A DNA stretch of 64,000 nucleotides from an uncultured bacterium (GCA_963695335.1 OY968764.1:1088001-1152000), one strand, 5' to 3'. Shown: positions 8,969 through 20,093, numbered from the stretch's first letter. Notes: a model not told the origin generated them from the letters alone. Program-made: numbers and translations.

Positions 8969-10789
8969 TTATTTTTTTATTGTTCTGATCGGCAAACATG
9001 TTTTGAGCAACTGCAATAACTGAGGCGATGTACCAGCCCAATCACGTAACATTGCATACGCTGGATCATTGTTTTGTAATGCTATAGCACCATTTTCTCT
9101 GCGCTCCATACACAACCGCTTAACCAATGATGCCACACCAAGATTTGTACATGCTTTATCTTCAATTTGAGAAAGTATCTGCTTATCTTCATATGTCAAT
9201 AAAGATATTTTAGAATGTGAATTATCTAAAAATATAAGTTCGGTACTATCATGCGAAAAACCAACACCCTTAAAACCTGCATATAATGTATCAATAGATA
9301 CTATCTGTTTATGAGTCGTTGCATCTTGTATAACTGTTTCAACATAAAGCATACCCCATTTGTTTTTAAGTGAATTACACATCAAGAATTCACCATTAGG
9401 ACTATACGCTCTATGCACTTGACTCTTTGGTTGCGACCAAAAACCAGCTTCAGGATCTTCTTTAAAAAAAGGATATCCTGAATAAAACATTTCAACAGAA
9501 TCTCCCACTTTCAGCATAGCTAATGTGTATTCAGAAGTATGAAATGCAACCTTATTGAGAGATGCAAACTCCCTACTATATTCACGATAATACGAACCAT
9601 TACCATCTGATTTGCTAATCTCTATTGAATAAAGGTCTGCAACGCCACATATTGATACCAGATAATTTCCAGAGCCTACCTGATACGTAGCAAATTTTTC
9701 TATCAATCCATCTGTTCTAAATGAGCTACGACCCGATTCTTTCTTATATGTACCTTGCATAGACCATATCTTATATACATTATCACGCCCTTCATACGTA
9801 GCTACACGCCACTCACTATTATCAGGTTCAAAACGCACACCAACAATAAAGTCAGGACTATCAACCGTAACCGATTCAATGAATGATAATCCATTCTGTG
9901 TTGTTATCGTAGAAAAAACCATGTCATGATCAGAATATGTCAGCACACCTTCAACGTCAGTTTTTGTTTTACTAAAACAAGAACCTTTAATATCTCCCTT
10001 ATGCCTAATACGTGTGGAAAATGTATCACTTGGATTATCATGATTAATGACCCACAATAAACATTGTTTATCTTGCACATCAGTAATACGATATTCATAA
10101 TTATCAATCGCGAAACAAATTGCATATGTTTGTCGGACTTTATCTCCAGTATATAAAGAAACAGGATACTGATGCGGATAGATGGTGTGGCAACTATTAA
10201 AAAACAGTGATCCCAAATAAATATTTTTGGTCAATAAATTACTCATGGTATCATGCATAGATTCTTTGAGAAACATCGACCCTTTACTATAAATCAGTTG
10301 CTCTTTAAAATAGTTACGCACATAATCTTCATCTTCATTTTTCAGATAACTTTTTATATGATTACGCAAACCATTATCGGTAAAATAAACTTCAATTAAT
10401 CGTTTGGTTACTTCAGGAACATCAAGCATCACTTTTTTACCATCTTCATTATACTGACCCGACGCTTTTATCAACAAAAGACGATCTCGCTTTGATAACT
10501 TGTTATAATAATCTGTAAACTTATCAGGTCTTACCGTCAACGCTGTATCAACTAAACATATTTCATCAGAACAGACATGTTGATATCTTGGAACAATGCC
10601 TCGTCGTTTAGTTATTCTATAATAATCCTCACAATGTTTATGCAATGCCTTCATGAACAGTAAATTTGATTTTGGAATGGAAATAACAGAAACATCTCCC
10701 ATAATATGAACAATGCCCTCATTCTTCATAGAAAAAAGGGGCGTTACCATTGTCGCCAGAATCAAGAATTGCATGCATATTTTATTCAT
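8969..10789 (-). CDS. Secreted protein with probable WD40-like beta-propeller region
   Basis: Signal MNKICMQFLILATMVTPLFS-MK; AYSPNGEFL and GFSHDSTEL blade-like motifs. Confidence 0.65.
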   Translation of the reverse strand: MNKICMQFLILATMVTPLFSMKNEGIVHIMGDVSVISIPKSNLLFMKALHKHCEDYYRITKRRGIVPRYQHVCSDEICLVDTALTVRPDKFTDYYNKLSKRDRLLLIKASGQYNEDGKKVMLDVPEVTKRLIEVYFTDNGLRNHIKSYLKNEDEDYVRNYFKEQLIYSKGSMFLKESMHDTMSNLLTKNIYLGSLFFNSCHTIYPHQYPVSLYTGDKVRQTYAICFAIDNYEYRITDVQDKQCLLWVINHDNPSDTFSTRIRHKGDIKGSCFSKTKTDVEGVLTYSDHDMVFSTITTQNGLSFIESVTVDSPDFIVGVRFEPDNSEWRVATYEGRDNVYKIWSMQGTYKKESGRSSFRTDGLIEKFATYQVGSGNYLVSICGVADLYSIEISKSDGNGSYYREYSREFASLNKVAFHTSEYTLAMLKVGDSVEMFYSGYPFFKEDPEAGFWSQPKSQVHRAYSPNGEFLMCNSLKNKWGMLYVETVIQDATTHKQIVSIDTLYAGFKGVGFSHDSTELIFLDNSHSKISLLTYEDKQILSQIEDKACTNLGVASLVKRLCMERRENGAIALQNNDPAYAMLRDWAGTSPQLLQLLKTCLPIRTIKK

Positions 10790-10874
10790 CGAAATTCTAC
10801 TCCGTTTATTACTTTGTATAATTGCATGCATAGAGTATAACATCTTCATTAAGTTATGCTCAGAATTATCTTAT

Positions 10875-11008
10875 TCCGTTCGCCCTGAGTGTTTTACGAA
10901 GTGTAACGTAGTAAAATGTATCGAAGGGTGCAAAAATATAAAGTTATTGTTATACCGCATCCTTCGATACATTTTTTTGAGGACAAAAAAACACTCAGGA
11001 CGAGCGGA
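10875..11008. repeat. Family D (family A with expanded loop) inverted pair
   Basis: CCGTTCGCCCTGAGTGTTTT..ATGTATCGAAGGGTGC ... GCATCCTTCGATACAT..ACACTCAGGACGAGCGG. Confidence 0.9.
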
Positions 11009-11023
11009 GTGGATTTTTAGGCA

Positions 11024-11052
11024 CAAAAAAAGAGACCCGTTTAAAGGTCTCT
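11024..11052 (-). terminator. Terminator after rplU
   Basis: A-run + AGAGACC..GGTCTCT hairpin. Confidence 0.7.
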
Positions 11053-11075
11053 AATTTTTTTTAATCAACTAAAAC

Positions 11076-11408
11076 TTACGCGATTGAATCAATACGAATA
11101 ATTGTTTTTGGTTGACGATGTCCGTTTTTCACGCGAACTTTTTTACGTCTTTTAAATTTAAACACAACTAACTTTGGATCTTTAGTTTGTTTAACGATAG
11201 TTGCAGTGATTTTACCGTTGACATGCGGTTGGCCAATTTCAAACTGACCATCAGCTAATTTACGGAATAAAACAGTGTTAATTTCGTACTTATCACCAGT
11301 TTCACCAACTATTTTTTCAATAGCTACAGTTTTGCCTTCGATTGCTTGATATTGCTTACCACCGTTTGCAAATATCGCGTATTTATCATATTTTTCTACG
11401 TGTACCAT
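11076..11408 (-). CDS. rplU: 50S ribosomal protein L21
   Basis: YAIFANGGKQY, VFKFKRRK..KNGHRQ. Confidence 0.96.
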   Translation of the reverse strand: MVHVEKYDKYAIFANGGKQYQAIEGKTVAIEKIVGETGDKYEINTVLFRKLADGQFEIGQPHVNGKITATIVKQTKDPKLVVFKFKRRKKVRVKNGHRQPKTIIRIDSIA

Positions 11409-11584
11409 TAGGTCTTTCCCTAGATATTATGTCCACATGGTTTTTAACCCTCAGTTTTCACTTGGTCAAAAAGCAACGCTGCGAACGAGATTTTAACTCA
11501 TATTTAAATGATTATTTTATTCATAATATACCAAAAAAAGGGGGGTGCGTCCAGTGAAATATATGTTTCAATTATGAGTATTCC

Positions 11585-11980
11585 AAGACCCCAACTTGAA
11601 CCGTTGGGGACCCCAGAAAAACCTTCACTCCGTTACGGTTGATTACGTGGAGGGTTCTTGCCAACCCTCCACACCTCGGGCACAAACGTTCCTTTTGATC
11701 CCTACGAGTTATAGGCTACGGTCCCCATCTGTTGATGGGGACCGTAGCCTATAACTCGCACATGTCTTTATTTAAATTATTAAAATAAGTACCTACACAT
11801 TTCGCATGATGGTTTAGGCTGCTTCTTAGCAGACTGTGGCCTGAATTCGAAATGATCTAAGGAATCAAAGGGAACATTTGTGTACGGGGTGTGGGGTGTT
11901 TACAAGAACACCCCACGTAAAAACACCGTCGTGAAACGAAGGTGAATACTGGGGTCCCCAACGGTCTAAGTTGGGGTCTT
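11585..11980. mobile_element. Non-coding MITE-like element with ~120-bp imperfect terminal inverted repeats and an internal perfect 25-bp hairpin
   Basis: Left end AAGACCCCAACTTGAACCGTTGGGGACCCCAG... versus rc of right end AAGACCCCAACTTAGACCGTTGGGGACCCCAG...; perfect stem 11705-11729/11734-11758. Confidence 0.7.
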
Positions 11981-11988
11981 AATCTTAA

Positions 11989-14583
11989 TCAATTTTCTTT
12001 ATATGACCACAGCAAATCAAACGCCTTTTTAGGTGATAAAGTATCAAAATCAAGCTCTGCAAGCATATTTGCCATTTTTATAGCCTTGCTCTGCTCAGCT
12101 AAAAGCCTCTTATTTTCCGCCTTTAAAGCTATATTTTCAGAAGATAAATCTAATCGATCAACTACTGCCGGCATGACATGCACCGTTCCTTGGGCAAAAG
12201 ACTGAACTAATGCACACGATCGCTCAATCACCTTTTCAGGCAAATGAGCCAATTTTGCCACTTCAATACCAAAGCTGCCATCAGCAACACCACGGATAAT
12301 GGTATAAAGAAACACGATGCCATGCTCCATTTTTTTACTCGCCGCCTGGTACACTGCAATCCCAGGATACGTCTGTGGTAATTGGGTCAGTTCATGATAA
12401 TGGGTTGCAAATAAGCAACGTGCACCAATAGTGGTGAAAATATATTCAACCACCGCCTGCGCAATGGCTAACCCATCAAACGTACTCGTGCCACGGCCAA
12501 CTTCATCCAAAATAACCAAACTTTTTTCTGTTGCCTGAGTACAAATCATGGCCGTTTCTTCCATCTCAACCAAAAAGGTACTTTTACCTTCAGCAACGTT
12601 ATCGCTTGCTCCAAGACGCGTAAAAATACGGTCAAGCAATGCAATATGAGCGTTGTGAGCAGGAACAAAGGAACCAATATGCGCCATCACAGAAATCAAT
12701 GCAACTTGGCGTAAATACGTAGATTTACCACCCATGTTAGGACCAGTAATAATCCATAATGATTGTTCATCAGTGAGCATGGTATCGTTGGGAATAAACG
12801 TATGGAACAGAGATTGCTCCACCACCGGGTGACGCCCTTTTGTGATGATAATATCACGCTTTTCATGTAAACTTGGTCGCGTATACCCATTATCATACGC
12901 TAAGCGCGCAAGCGATAATAAAGCATCAATGTGTGCAATTGCATGCGCTGATTTACGCAATGCTGAAATATGTTGTGCAACTTCACGCTTAATAGTTTCA
13001 AAAATTGCTTGTTCATGATGCACAATATCTTTACGTGCAGACTCAATGCCATGTTGCAACTGCTGCAATTCAGGTGTCATAAAACGCTCGCGTCCAACCA
13101 ATGTTTGTAATCGGCGATAACGCTCAGGAACAGCTGATAAATTGGCATTCGTGACTTCAATATAATACCCTTGTATTGCATTGTAGCGAATTTTAAGAGA
13201 TGTAATGCCTGTTGCATTTTGTTCAGCCAACTCAAGTTCCATAATTTTTTCATTACTGTTATTAACCAGCATGCGCATTTCATCAAGTTTGTGATCAAAA
13301 CCAAGTTTAATAATCATCTCTTGTGATGGTTCATCATGTAATGCTGCACGCAACAAATCAGATAACGCACTGAATTCACCTAAGTGGTCTACAATCACAC
13401 GCATTAAAAAAATATGTTTATACGCTGATATGCTTTTTTTAAACTGCGGAATAATCAATAACATGCGTGATAATGCGCTATAATCAAGCAGTGAGGCACG
13501 TTGCAGCGCAATTCGCCCCACCACCCGTTCAACATCACCAATATGCGCAAGTAACTGTTCCACATTATTTACCAATGCCACATCAGCACAACACAAATTA
13601 ATAACATCTTGCCGTTGCACAATTGCTTCTTTTTTAACTAACGGACGCAATATCCATTTTTTAATCATGCGAGAACCCATTGCAGTTCTAGCTCTATCCA
13701 TCACACTAAACAACGTATTTTTACTTGTACCATCGTGCGCATTTTTAACAAGTTCCAAATTGCGTTGCGTTGCTGCATCCATAATTAAAAAATCATCTGG
13801 TTTATAAAAAAAGAGTGTCGTAAATTGATCAAGTGATGCACGCTGATGCTTTGACATGTATGCATAGAAATAAAAAAGTGCTTGTCGCATTGCCTCATCA
13901 GAATCAACTTGTTCGTACGCTGATTGTGTGAATTGTTGTTGCAGCCATTGCTGTGCATCATGCTGCGATGACTCATCGTGTACAACGGTCGTAAAATATC
14001 CTAGTTTCTTAAAATAAGTCTGAAATTCCTGTGCACGAACAGCACCTGGTATTAAAATTTCATCAGGGAAAAAGCGAATCAGTTCTGATTCCAATAATTT
14101 TTCTGATCCAGCTGGCACTGTTGTAATAAAAATTTGTGCGGTTAATAGTTCACTAAAAACTAATCCCCACGAATCACCCGCGGGGTAAAATGAAAAAAGA
14201 TAGGATGCTGTGCGTTCATCCAAAAGTTTTGAATCTGTTAATGTTCCAGGAGTTAGAACTTGTTTTACACCACGCTTAACAATACTGCCTGGCTTTGGAT
14301 CTTCTAGCTGATCACACAATGCAACTTTAAAACCACCTTTAACAAGCTTTGCTATGTAATGATCAACTGCATGTATTGGCACACCACACAACGGAATTGG
14401 TTCACCTTTATTTTTACCACGAGCGGTTAATGCAATGCCCAAAAATGCTGCTGCTTGTTTTGCGTCATCAAAAAAAAGTTCGTAAAAATCACCGACTTGG
14501 AAAAAAAGAAGCGTATCGGTGTAATCAACTTTGATATCATGATACTGCTGCATCAATGGTGTATGTTCTTGATTTTTTATCAT
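11989..14583 (-). CDS. mutS: DNA mismatch repair protein MutS
   Basis: TPLMQQY..GDFYELF, ITGPNMGGKSTY, DEVGRGTST, FATHYHEL. Confidence 0.98.
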   Translation of the reverse strand: MIKNQEHTPLMQQYHDIKVDYTDTLLFFQVGDFYELFFDDAKQAAAFLGIALTARGKNKGEPIPLCGVPIHAVDHYIAKLVKGGFKVALCDQLEDPKPGSIVKRGVKQVLTPGTLTDSKLLDERTASYLFSFYPAGDSWGLVFSELLTAQIFITTVPAGSEKLLESELIRFFPDEILIPGAVRAQEFQTYFKKLGYFTTVVHDESSQHDAQQWLQQQFTQSAYEQVDSDEAMRQALFYFYAYMSKHQRASLDQFTTLFFYKPDDFLIMDAATQRNLELVKNAHDGTSKNTLFSVMDRARTAMGSRMIKKWILRPLVKKEAIVQRQDVINLCCADVALVNNVEQLLAHIGDVERVVGRIALQRASLLDYSALSRMLLIIPQFKKSISAYKHIFLMRVIVDHLGEFSALSDLLRAALHDEPSQEMIIKLGFDHKLDEMRMLVNNSNEKIMELELAEQNATGITSLKIRYNAIQGYYIEVTNANLSAVPERYRRLQTLVGRERFMTPELQQLQHGIESARKDIVHHEQAIFETIKREVAQHISALRKSAHAIAHIDALLSLARLAYDNGYTRPSLHEKRDIIITKGRHPVVEQSLFHTFIPNDTMLTDEQSLWIITGPNMGGKSTYLRQVALISVMAHIGSFVPAHNAHIALLDRIFTRLGASDNVAEGKSTFLVEMEETAMICTQATEKSLVILDEVGRGTSTFDGLAIAQAVVEYIFTTIGARCLFATHYHELTQLPQTYPGIAVYQAASKKMEHGIVFLYTIIRGVADGSFGIEVAKLAHLPEKVIERSCALVQSFAQGTVHVMPAVVDRLDLSSENIALKAENKRLLAEQSKAIKMANMLAELDFDTLSPKKAFDLLWSYKEN

Positions 14584-15119
14584 AGCTTATCATAAGACTG
14601 GGAATATTCATTTAATATAGCTTGAAATTCATCCGGCAACAGAAAGCATCTTATACGTTCTTGTTCCGTTAATGCAATATGAAAACGACCTTCATTATGA
14701 ATAAAACATCCTTGACGGGATATTAATGAGAATAAAATTTCATCTTGATAGTCCTTAAAGTAGAACAATGTCTGTGGCGTTATTGCCCAAAACTTTCGAC
14801 AACGTTTCTCGATCTCTATCCTATAAGCCGCCTTCAGACACCTATAACCTGCTGCATTAAAATTAAAAAATGGATCAAATTTTTTATATATTGTATCCAT
14901 TCTTAATAAACAATCGCTATAAAAACTATCTTTCTTAACAAGAGTAACAATATCTTGCGGAACTGCATACTTTTTCATGATTTCATCACATAAAAATATT
15001 TTTTTTGCTACACAATAATCATAAGGTTCTTTCAATTTTAATTTCATTGCACTTAATGATACATTGCCAACAACGCAAATAAGATATGCTGCCATTTTAA
15101 TTGTAACTATTTTATTCAC
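14580..15119 (-). CDS. Hypothetical secreted protein, overlapping the mutS start
   Basis: Signal-like N-terminus ending LSA-MK; ATGA overlap with mutS. Confidence 0.7.
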   Translation of the reverse strand: MNKIVTIKMAAYLICVVGNVSLSAMKLKLKEPYDYCVAKKIFLCDEIMKKYAVPQDIVTLVKKDSFYSDCLLRMDTIYKKFDPFFNFNAAGYRCLKAAYRIEIEKRCRKFWAITPQTLFYFKDYQDEILFSLISRQGCFIHNEGRFHIALTEQERIRCFLLPDEFQAILNEYSQSYDKL

Positions 15120-15185
15120 AAAATCCCCCTAAAAAAACAGTATACCTGAGTTGATTTTATATTATCACTCAAGTATACCGTTATA

Positions 15186-15215
15186 TATTACTTCGCTCAA
15201 GCTTCGTAGGACAAG
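15186..15215 (+). repeat. Family B hairpin, intergenic
   Basis: TATT ACTTCG CTCAAG CTTCGT AGGA CAAG. Confidence 0.75.
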
Positions 15216-15255
15216 TTCTGAGATTAAAATTACAATGATATTTTTATTGTTTTTA

Positions 15256-15618
15256 CTAAATCTGCTCTACTTCAGAATCAGAAACACGCTCAGGAATTAG
15301 CGTTGGATGAATCCAACTTGAATCCATTCCTTTGGGCACTATAAACCTACGATCACCAATTTTATAAATAGACTCTGGGAATGATAGCCCCAACTCTTTA
15401 TTCAATGTATCCAAGTCGATTACAATATCTGACTTTCTTGGATAAACTAACGTTTCACGTTCCCATGTTTTTTTTTCTATCCACTTTAATGCAAATGCTT
15501 TTTTCTTAGCCAAAAGATCTGCGTCACTGATCACATTATTTCTCTCATTTTCCATTGCACACAATGGTGCAATACTCATCATTAACAATGCTATTATCAC
15601 TTTTTTTGTTAACTTCAT
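15256..15618 (-). CDS. Hypothetical secreted protein
   Basis: MKLTKKVIIALLMMSIAPLCA-ME signal; GAGGAG RBS. Confidence 0.75.
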   Translation of the reverse strand: MKLTKKVIIALLMMSIAPLCAMENERNNVISDADLLAKKKAFALKWIEKKTWERETLVYPRKSDIVIDLDTLNKELGLSFPESIYKIGDRRFIVPKGMDSSWIHPTLIPERVSDSEVEQI

Positions 15619-15647
15619 CTACGACTCCTCAAAAAAACTTAATACCG

Positions 15648-16022
15648 CTATTGCCCTATGATTTTTCTAAATTTTTCTACATCCACTGGTAGCATTACCG
15701 TTGAGTATTCCAAGGCATCATCATCAGATGATACTGTTTGATTATTGCATTGTCCTATAATTTTTCTAAACTTTTCTGCATTCACCGGTTGCATTACTGT
15801 TGAATATTCCACATCATCATAAGATAATATAGTTTGTTCTCTACGCTCTTTTTCTAATCTTTGCTGACGAACCATTGCATCTCTATCTAGACTTATTTCT
15901 CTAGCAAGACGTTGCCGTTCAAGCAACCGTAATCCCATGCGATTTTGCTTATTTCCCATTGTATTCAACGATACTACGCTCAAGATAACTAATAACATCA
16001 TTGCGCTTTTTATTCTGTTCAT
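15648..16022 (-). CDS. Secreted protein with a duplicated (V/L)EYSTVMxPVxxEKFRKIIGQ motif
   Basis: Signal peptide; 33-aa-period tandem repeat, also visible in the DNA (15651-15722 versus ~15750-15820). Confidence 0.7.
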   Translation of the reverse strand: MNRIKSAMMLLVILSVVSLNTMGNKQNRMGLRLLERQRLAREISLDRDAMVRQQRLEKERREQTILSYDDVEYSTVMQPVNAEKFRKIIGQCNNQTVSSDDDALEYSTVMLPVDVEKFRKIIGQ

Positions 16023-16148
16023 GCAATAACTCCTATACATATTAATTTTTACTTCGTTACAATATATCGATCAAAGTATATCGATTAATAAGAAAAGAAA
16101 AATCCCCAGCTTTCGCTAGGGATCATATTTTTTACAATTTCAAACCCA

Positions 16149-17072
16149 CTAAAACAATGTAGCAATATGCTCAATAACCAACGACCTTTTAATCCTCTCC
16201 CCAATCATCGCCCTCTCTTCATCAGTCTCACCTTCAATATAAAAGAAAAGTTTTAATTGACGTTTAACATCAGTTTCAAAAGATATGAGCATAGTATCAA
16301 TTGCACTATAATCAACTACATCGCATGCCAGTTGATCAGAAAGACGTTTTAAAAATTCATTGTAATAATTAAAGAAATGTCGCGTAGTACGCTCAGCTAT
16401 TTGCTGCTCTTCAATATCAAGTTGTTTAGTTTTATATGTCATGTACCCACATATTTTTTCACCATCTAATACAAGACGGTTACATGCTTCTTGTAACAAC
16501 AACGTATTGTAATGCGTTTGATCAGCTGCCAACATATCTTTAATAACTTTAACTGTTGCAGTATATGGCACATGGGAACAGATATACCAACGGAGTGTAT
16601 TTGGATAATTCAATTTCCCATACACACCTTCCATCACAAACCCCATACCAGTCTGAAAACCACTCATACATGCAAATTTACCAAGATCAATCGCCTGTTT
16701 TTGAATATTTTCTTTACTCACCACAAATTTTCCCCAATCTACCCATGCAACTTTTTTATTATGCGCCCATTCACCCCAGGTGATTTTTGGAATCTCAATA
16801 GATTCTTTTGGTTTTTCTACTGGAATCAAGTTTTCAGTAACTTTGTTATGAGGAGTATTAAACCATGTCACAAAACCATATGTTACACGCGCTGCTACTA
16901 TACCAACCAATGCAAGGCGTATATAATAATCGCGCGTTACTTTTTTTTCTATACTTATCGCATGCTGATCAATTTTTTTCTGATCAAGCAGACGTACATA
17001 ATATATGTAATCTGCATTTACACACGGTGAAATTAAAATTGATAATGATAAAAGTAATTTTGCATAATTCAT
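16149..17072 (-). CDS. Hypothetical secreted/membrane protein
   Basis: Signal MNYAKLLLSLSILISPCVNA, one further hydrophobic segment. Confidence 0.75.
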   Translation of the reverse strand: MNYAKLLLSLSILISPCVNADYIYYVRLLDQKKIDQHAISIEKKVTRDYYIRLALVGIVAARVTYGFVTWFNTPHNKVTENLIPVEKPKESIEIPKITWGEWAHNKKVAWVDWGKFVVSKENIQKQAIDLGKFACMSGFQTGMGFVMEGVYGKLNYPNTLRWYICSHVPYTATVKVIKDMLAADQTHYNTLLLQEACNRLVLDGEKICGYMTYKTKQLDIEEQQIAERTTRHFFNYYNEFLKRLSDQLACDVVDYSAIDTMLISFETDVKRQLKLFFYIEGETDEERAMIGERIKRSLVIEHIATLF

Positions 17073-17152
17073 AAAATGCTCCGTAGGACTTATATTTTTT
17101 ATCTCTGCAGCGTAACAGAATTGTAAGATTTCTCAATCCAACAGCGCTCAAA

Positions 17153-17277
17153 CCCTTCGATACATTCTGCTACGTTTCACTTCGCAGAACACTCAGGGCG
17201 AGCGGGGGAGAATTATACACTCTTATTTCTTCCGCTCGTCCCGAGTGTTTTTGTCTTCAAAAATGTATCGAGGGATG
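17153..17277. repeat. Family D pair; the right arm lies in the last codons of uvrA
   Basis: CCCTTCGATACATTC..ACACTCAGGGCGAGCGG and TCCGCTCGTCCCGAGTGTTT..ATGTATCGAGGGATG. Confidence 0.88.
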
Positions 17278-19862
17278 AAAAGTAAGGCACTAAATACCGC
17301 CCCGTGTAACTTGCAGCACACTGTGTAACTTGAGCAGGTGTACCTTGTGCAATAATCTGCCCACCACCATCGCCACCTTCAGGCCCCAAATCAATGAGAT
17401 AATCAACTGTTTTAAGCACATCAAGATTATGTTCAATCACAATCATCGAATTATTCTTATCAACAAGACGATTAAGGACCTGTAACAATTTTTCAATATC
17501 ACTATTGTGCAATCCAGTTGTTGGCTCATCAAAAATATATAACGTATGTTGCTCACGTTTTGCCAATTCATCAACAAACTTAATACGTTGCGCTTCACCG
17601 CCAGAAAGTGTTGTTGATGGTTGCCCTAACGTCAAGATAATCAAGACCAACATCACACAATAACTGTAAACGTTTGGCGATTGTTTTATGATGTTCAAAA
17701 AAGCGTAATGCTTCATACGCTGTCATATTCAACACATCAGCAATTGATTTACCTTTATACGTAATTGATAACGTTTCACTGTTATAACGGGTACCATCAC
17801 ATGCTTTACACGTCATAATAACTTCAGGTAAAAAGTGCATTTCTACTTTAATAACCCCATCACCATTACATTCAAAACAACGGCCTTGTGGCACGTTAAA
17901 ACTAAATCTACCCACTGTATACCCACGCGCATTACTTTCTGGCAACGATGCAAACAGTTTTCTTATTTCATCAAAAACACCAAGATATGTTGCAGGGTTA
18001 GAGCGCGGTGTACGGCCAATCGGGCTTTGATCAATAACGACTAGACTTTCTAAATTTTCTGCACCTTTTAAATTAACTGCTTCAGTGCTAGCTTGTTTAT
18101 AGACTCTTTTATATCCGCCAGAAAACTCACGTTTTACCGCAGACACAAATTCATCCATAATCAAAGTACTTTTACCAGAACCAGAAACTCCAGAAACACC
18201 ACACAGCACTCCAAGAGGAAATTGTAACGTCACATCTTTTAAATTATGTTTTGATGCATGTTCTAGAGTCATAAAACCTTGGGGCATTCGTAATTTTTTG
18301 GGAATAACAATTCCACGTTTGCCACTTAAATATGCACCGGTTAATGAACTGTTATCTTTTGCTAAATCAGTTGGTGTTCCAGCGGCAGTAATTGCACCAC
18401 CCAACACACCCGCTGCAGGGCCCATATCAATAACGTAATCAGATTGTGCAATGGTATCCATATCATGCTCAACCACAACAACCGTATTATCTTGATCACG
18501 TAATTTTTTAAGTGTTTCAATTAAACGATCATTATCACGCTGATGCAAACCAATGCTTGGTTCATCAAGAATATATAATACACCACTCAATGCTGAACCA
18601 ATTTGTGTTGCAAGACGAATACGCTGCCCTTCACCACCCGATAATGTTCGTGCAGTACGGTTCAGTGTAAGATAGGATAAACCAACATCGTTGATAAATG
18701 TCAGTCTATTTTTAATTTCTCTGATTAATGTTTGTGCAATTTCTAATTCTGTTGATGTTAAAACTAATTCATCAAAAAATTGTATAAGTTTTTTAATAGA
18801 TAAATCACTCAAATCATAAATATCTTTACCACCAACAAACACTGATAATGCATACTTATTAAGACGTTTTCCATGACAATCCTTACACGTTTTAACCGTT
18901 GCATATTTATCACCAAAAAATTGTGGATAATCTGCTTTCCATAAATCTTTATCACCAGCACCCCACGGCCACTCATTAATAGTACCAAGGCCTTCACACC
19001 CTTTACATGCACCAATAGGAGAGTTGAATGAAAAACAGCGCGGTTCTAATTCTGGAATAGATTGCGAACATGCAATACACATACGATGCGATGAATAGAT
19101 ATACTCATGCTCTCCTACCATAATTTTACAGCTTCCACCCGCAAGTTTAAATGCCGCATTCACAGCTTCTTGCAAACGTGCGCTCTCTTCAAGGCTAACT
19201 TCAAGTGCGTCAATAATAACATCAATAGTATGCTTATAGCTCTTTTTTAAATTAAGATTTCGAATTTCATCGTGACATTTAAATTTATAGCGCTCACCAT
19301 CAATTTTAATGCGATAATAGCCGCGATCAAAAAGACGAATCAGCTCTTGCACAAACTCCCCCTTTTGCTCATGAACAATAGGAGCAAGTACAGAAATGGT
19401 TTTATGATTAAAATCTTTATGGAGCATCTGACAAATGGCATCAGCAGATTCTGCCCTAATTTCTAAGCGGCAGTTGGGACAAAACACTTTACCAATACGG
19501 GCAAAAAGAATACGGAAATAATCATAAATTTCAGTAATAGTACCAACAGTAGAACGTGGATTTGAGCCAACGGTCTTTTGCTCAATAGCAATTGCAGGAC
19601 AAAGACCATCGATACGGTCAACTTCTGGCTTTTTGCTAATTCCCAAAAATTGCCGTGCATACGAAGAAAGGGACTCTATATAGCGTCTTTTACCCTCAGC
19701 AAAGAGAATATCAAGCGCTAGAGAGCTTTTACCTGACCCAGAAGGCCCAGTGATAACCGTAAGCTTATTTTTTGGAATACTGACATCAATATTTTTTAAA
19801 TTATGCTCACGGGCGCCAAACACGTTGATCCAGTGAGTTATTACGGACGGTTTAATTTTCAT
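17213..19862 (-). CDS. uvrA: Excinuclease ABC subunit A, one frameshift near 17633
   Basis: [39 protein letters not shown], second ABC cassette; [19 protein letters not shown] split across frames. Confidence 0.95.
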
Positions 19863-20016
19863 ACATTCACCCTTTTAAGCCCAAAAACCATCGAAATATT
19901 ACCTATTAGTATATAATAGCAAAAAATCAGCCTTTCGCCAACCGGGGTGCATACAAAACTTAAAGGTTTTTTTGATTTTTCTCTATAAAACCTTATACTT
20001 AGACCTAGTTTGATAT

Positions 20017-20093
20017 GGTGGACGTAGCTCAGTCGGCAGAGCGCCAGGTTGTGGTTCTGGATGTCGTGGGTTCGACCCCCACCGTTCACCCCA
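20017..20093 (+). tRNA. tRNA-His (GTG)
   Basis: G-1, acceptor GTGGACG/CGTTCAC, anticodon arm CCAGG-TTGTGGT-TCTGG, GTTCGA, CCA. Confidence 0.96.

Noticed and set aside
11076..11408. rplU without adjacent rpmA, and pheS and gatCA without pheT and gatB
   Set aside because: Operon splitting is common in rearranged genomes; partners may lie elsewhere.
16512..17030. 172-aa plus-strand ORF and other antisense ORFs over known genes
   Set aside because: Shadow frames of better-supported genes on the opposite strand, with no motifs.
17595..17716. Programmed frameshift or split uvrA
   Set aside because: A single extra base with no slippery site or stimulatory structure; probably a consensus error.
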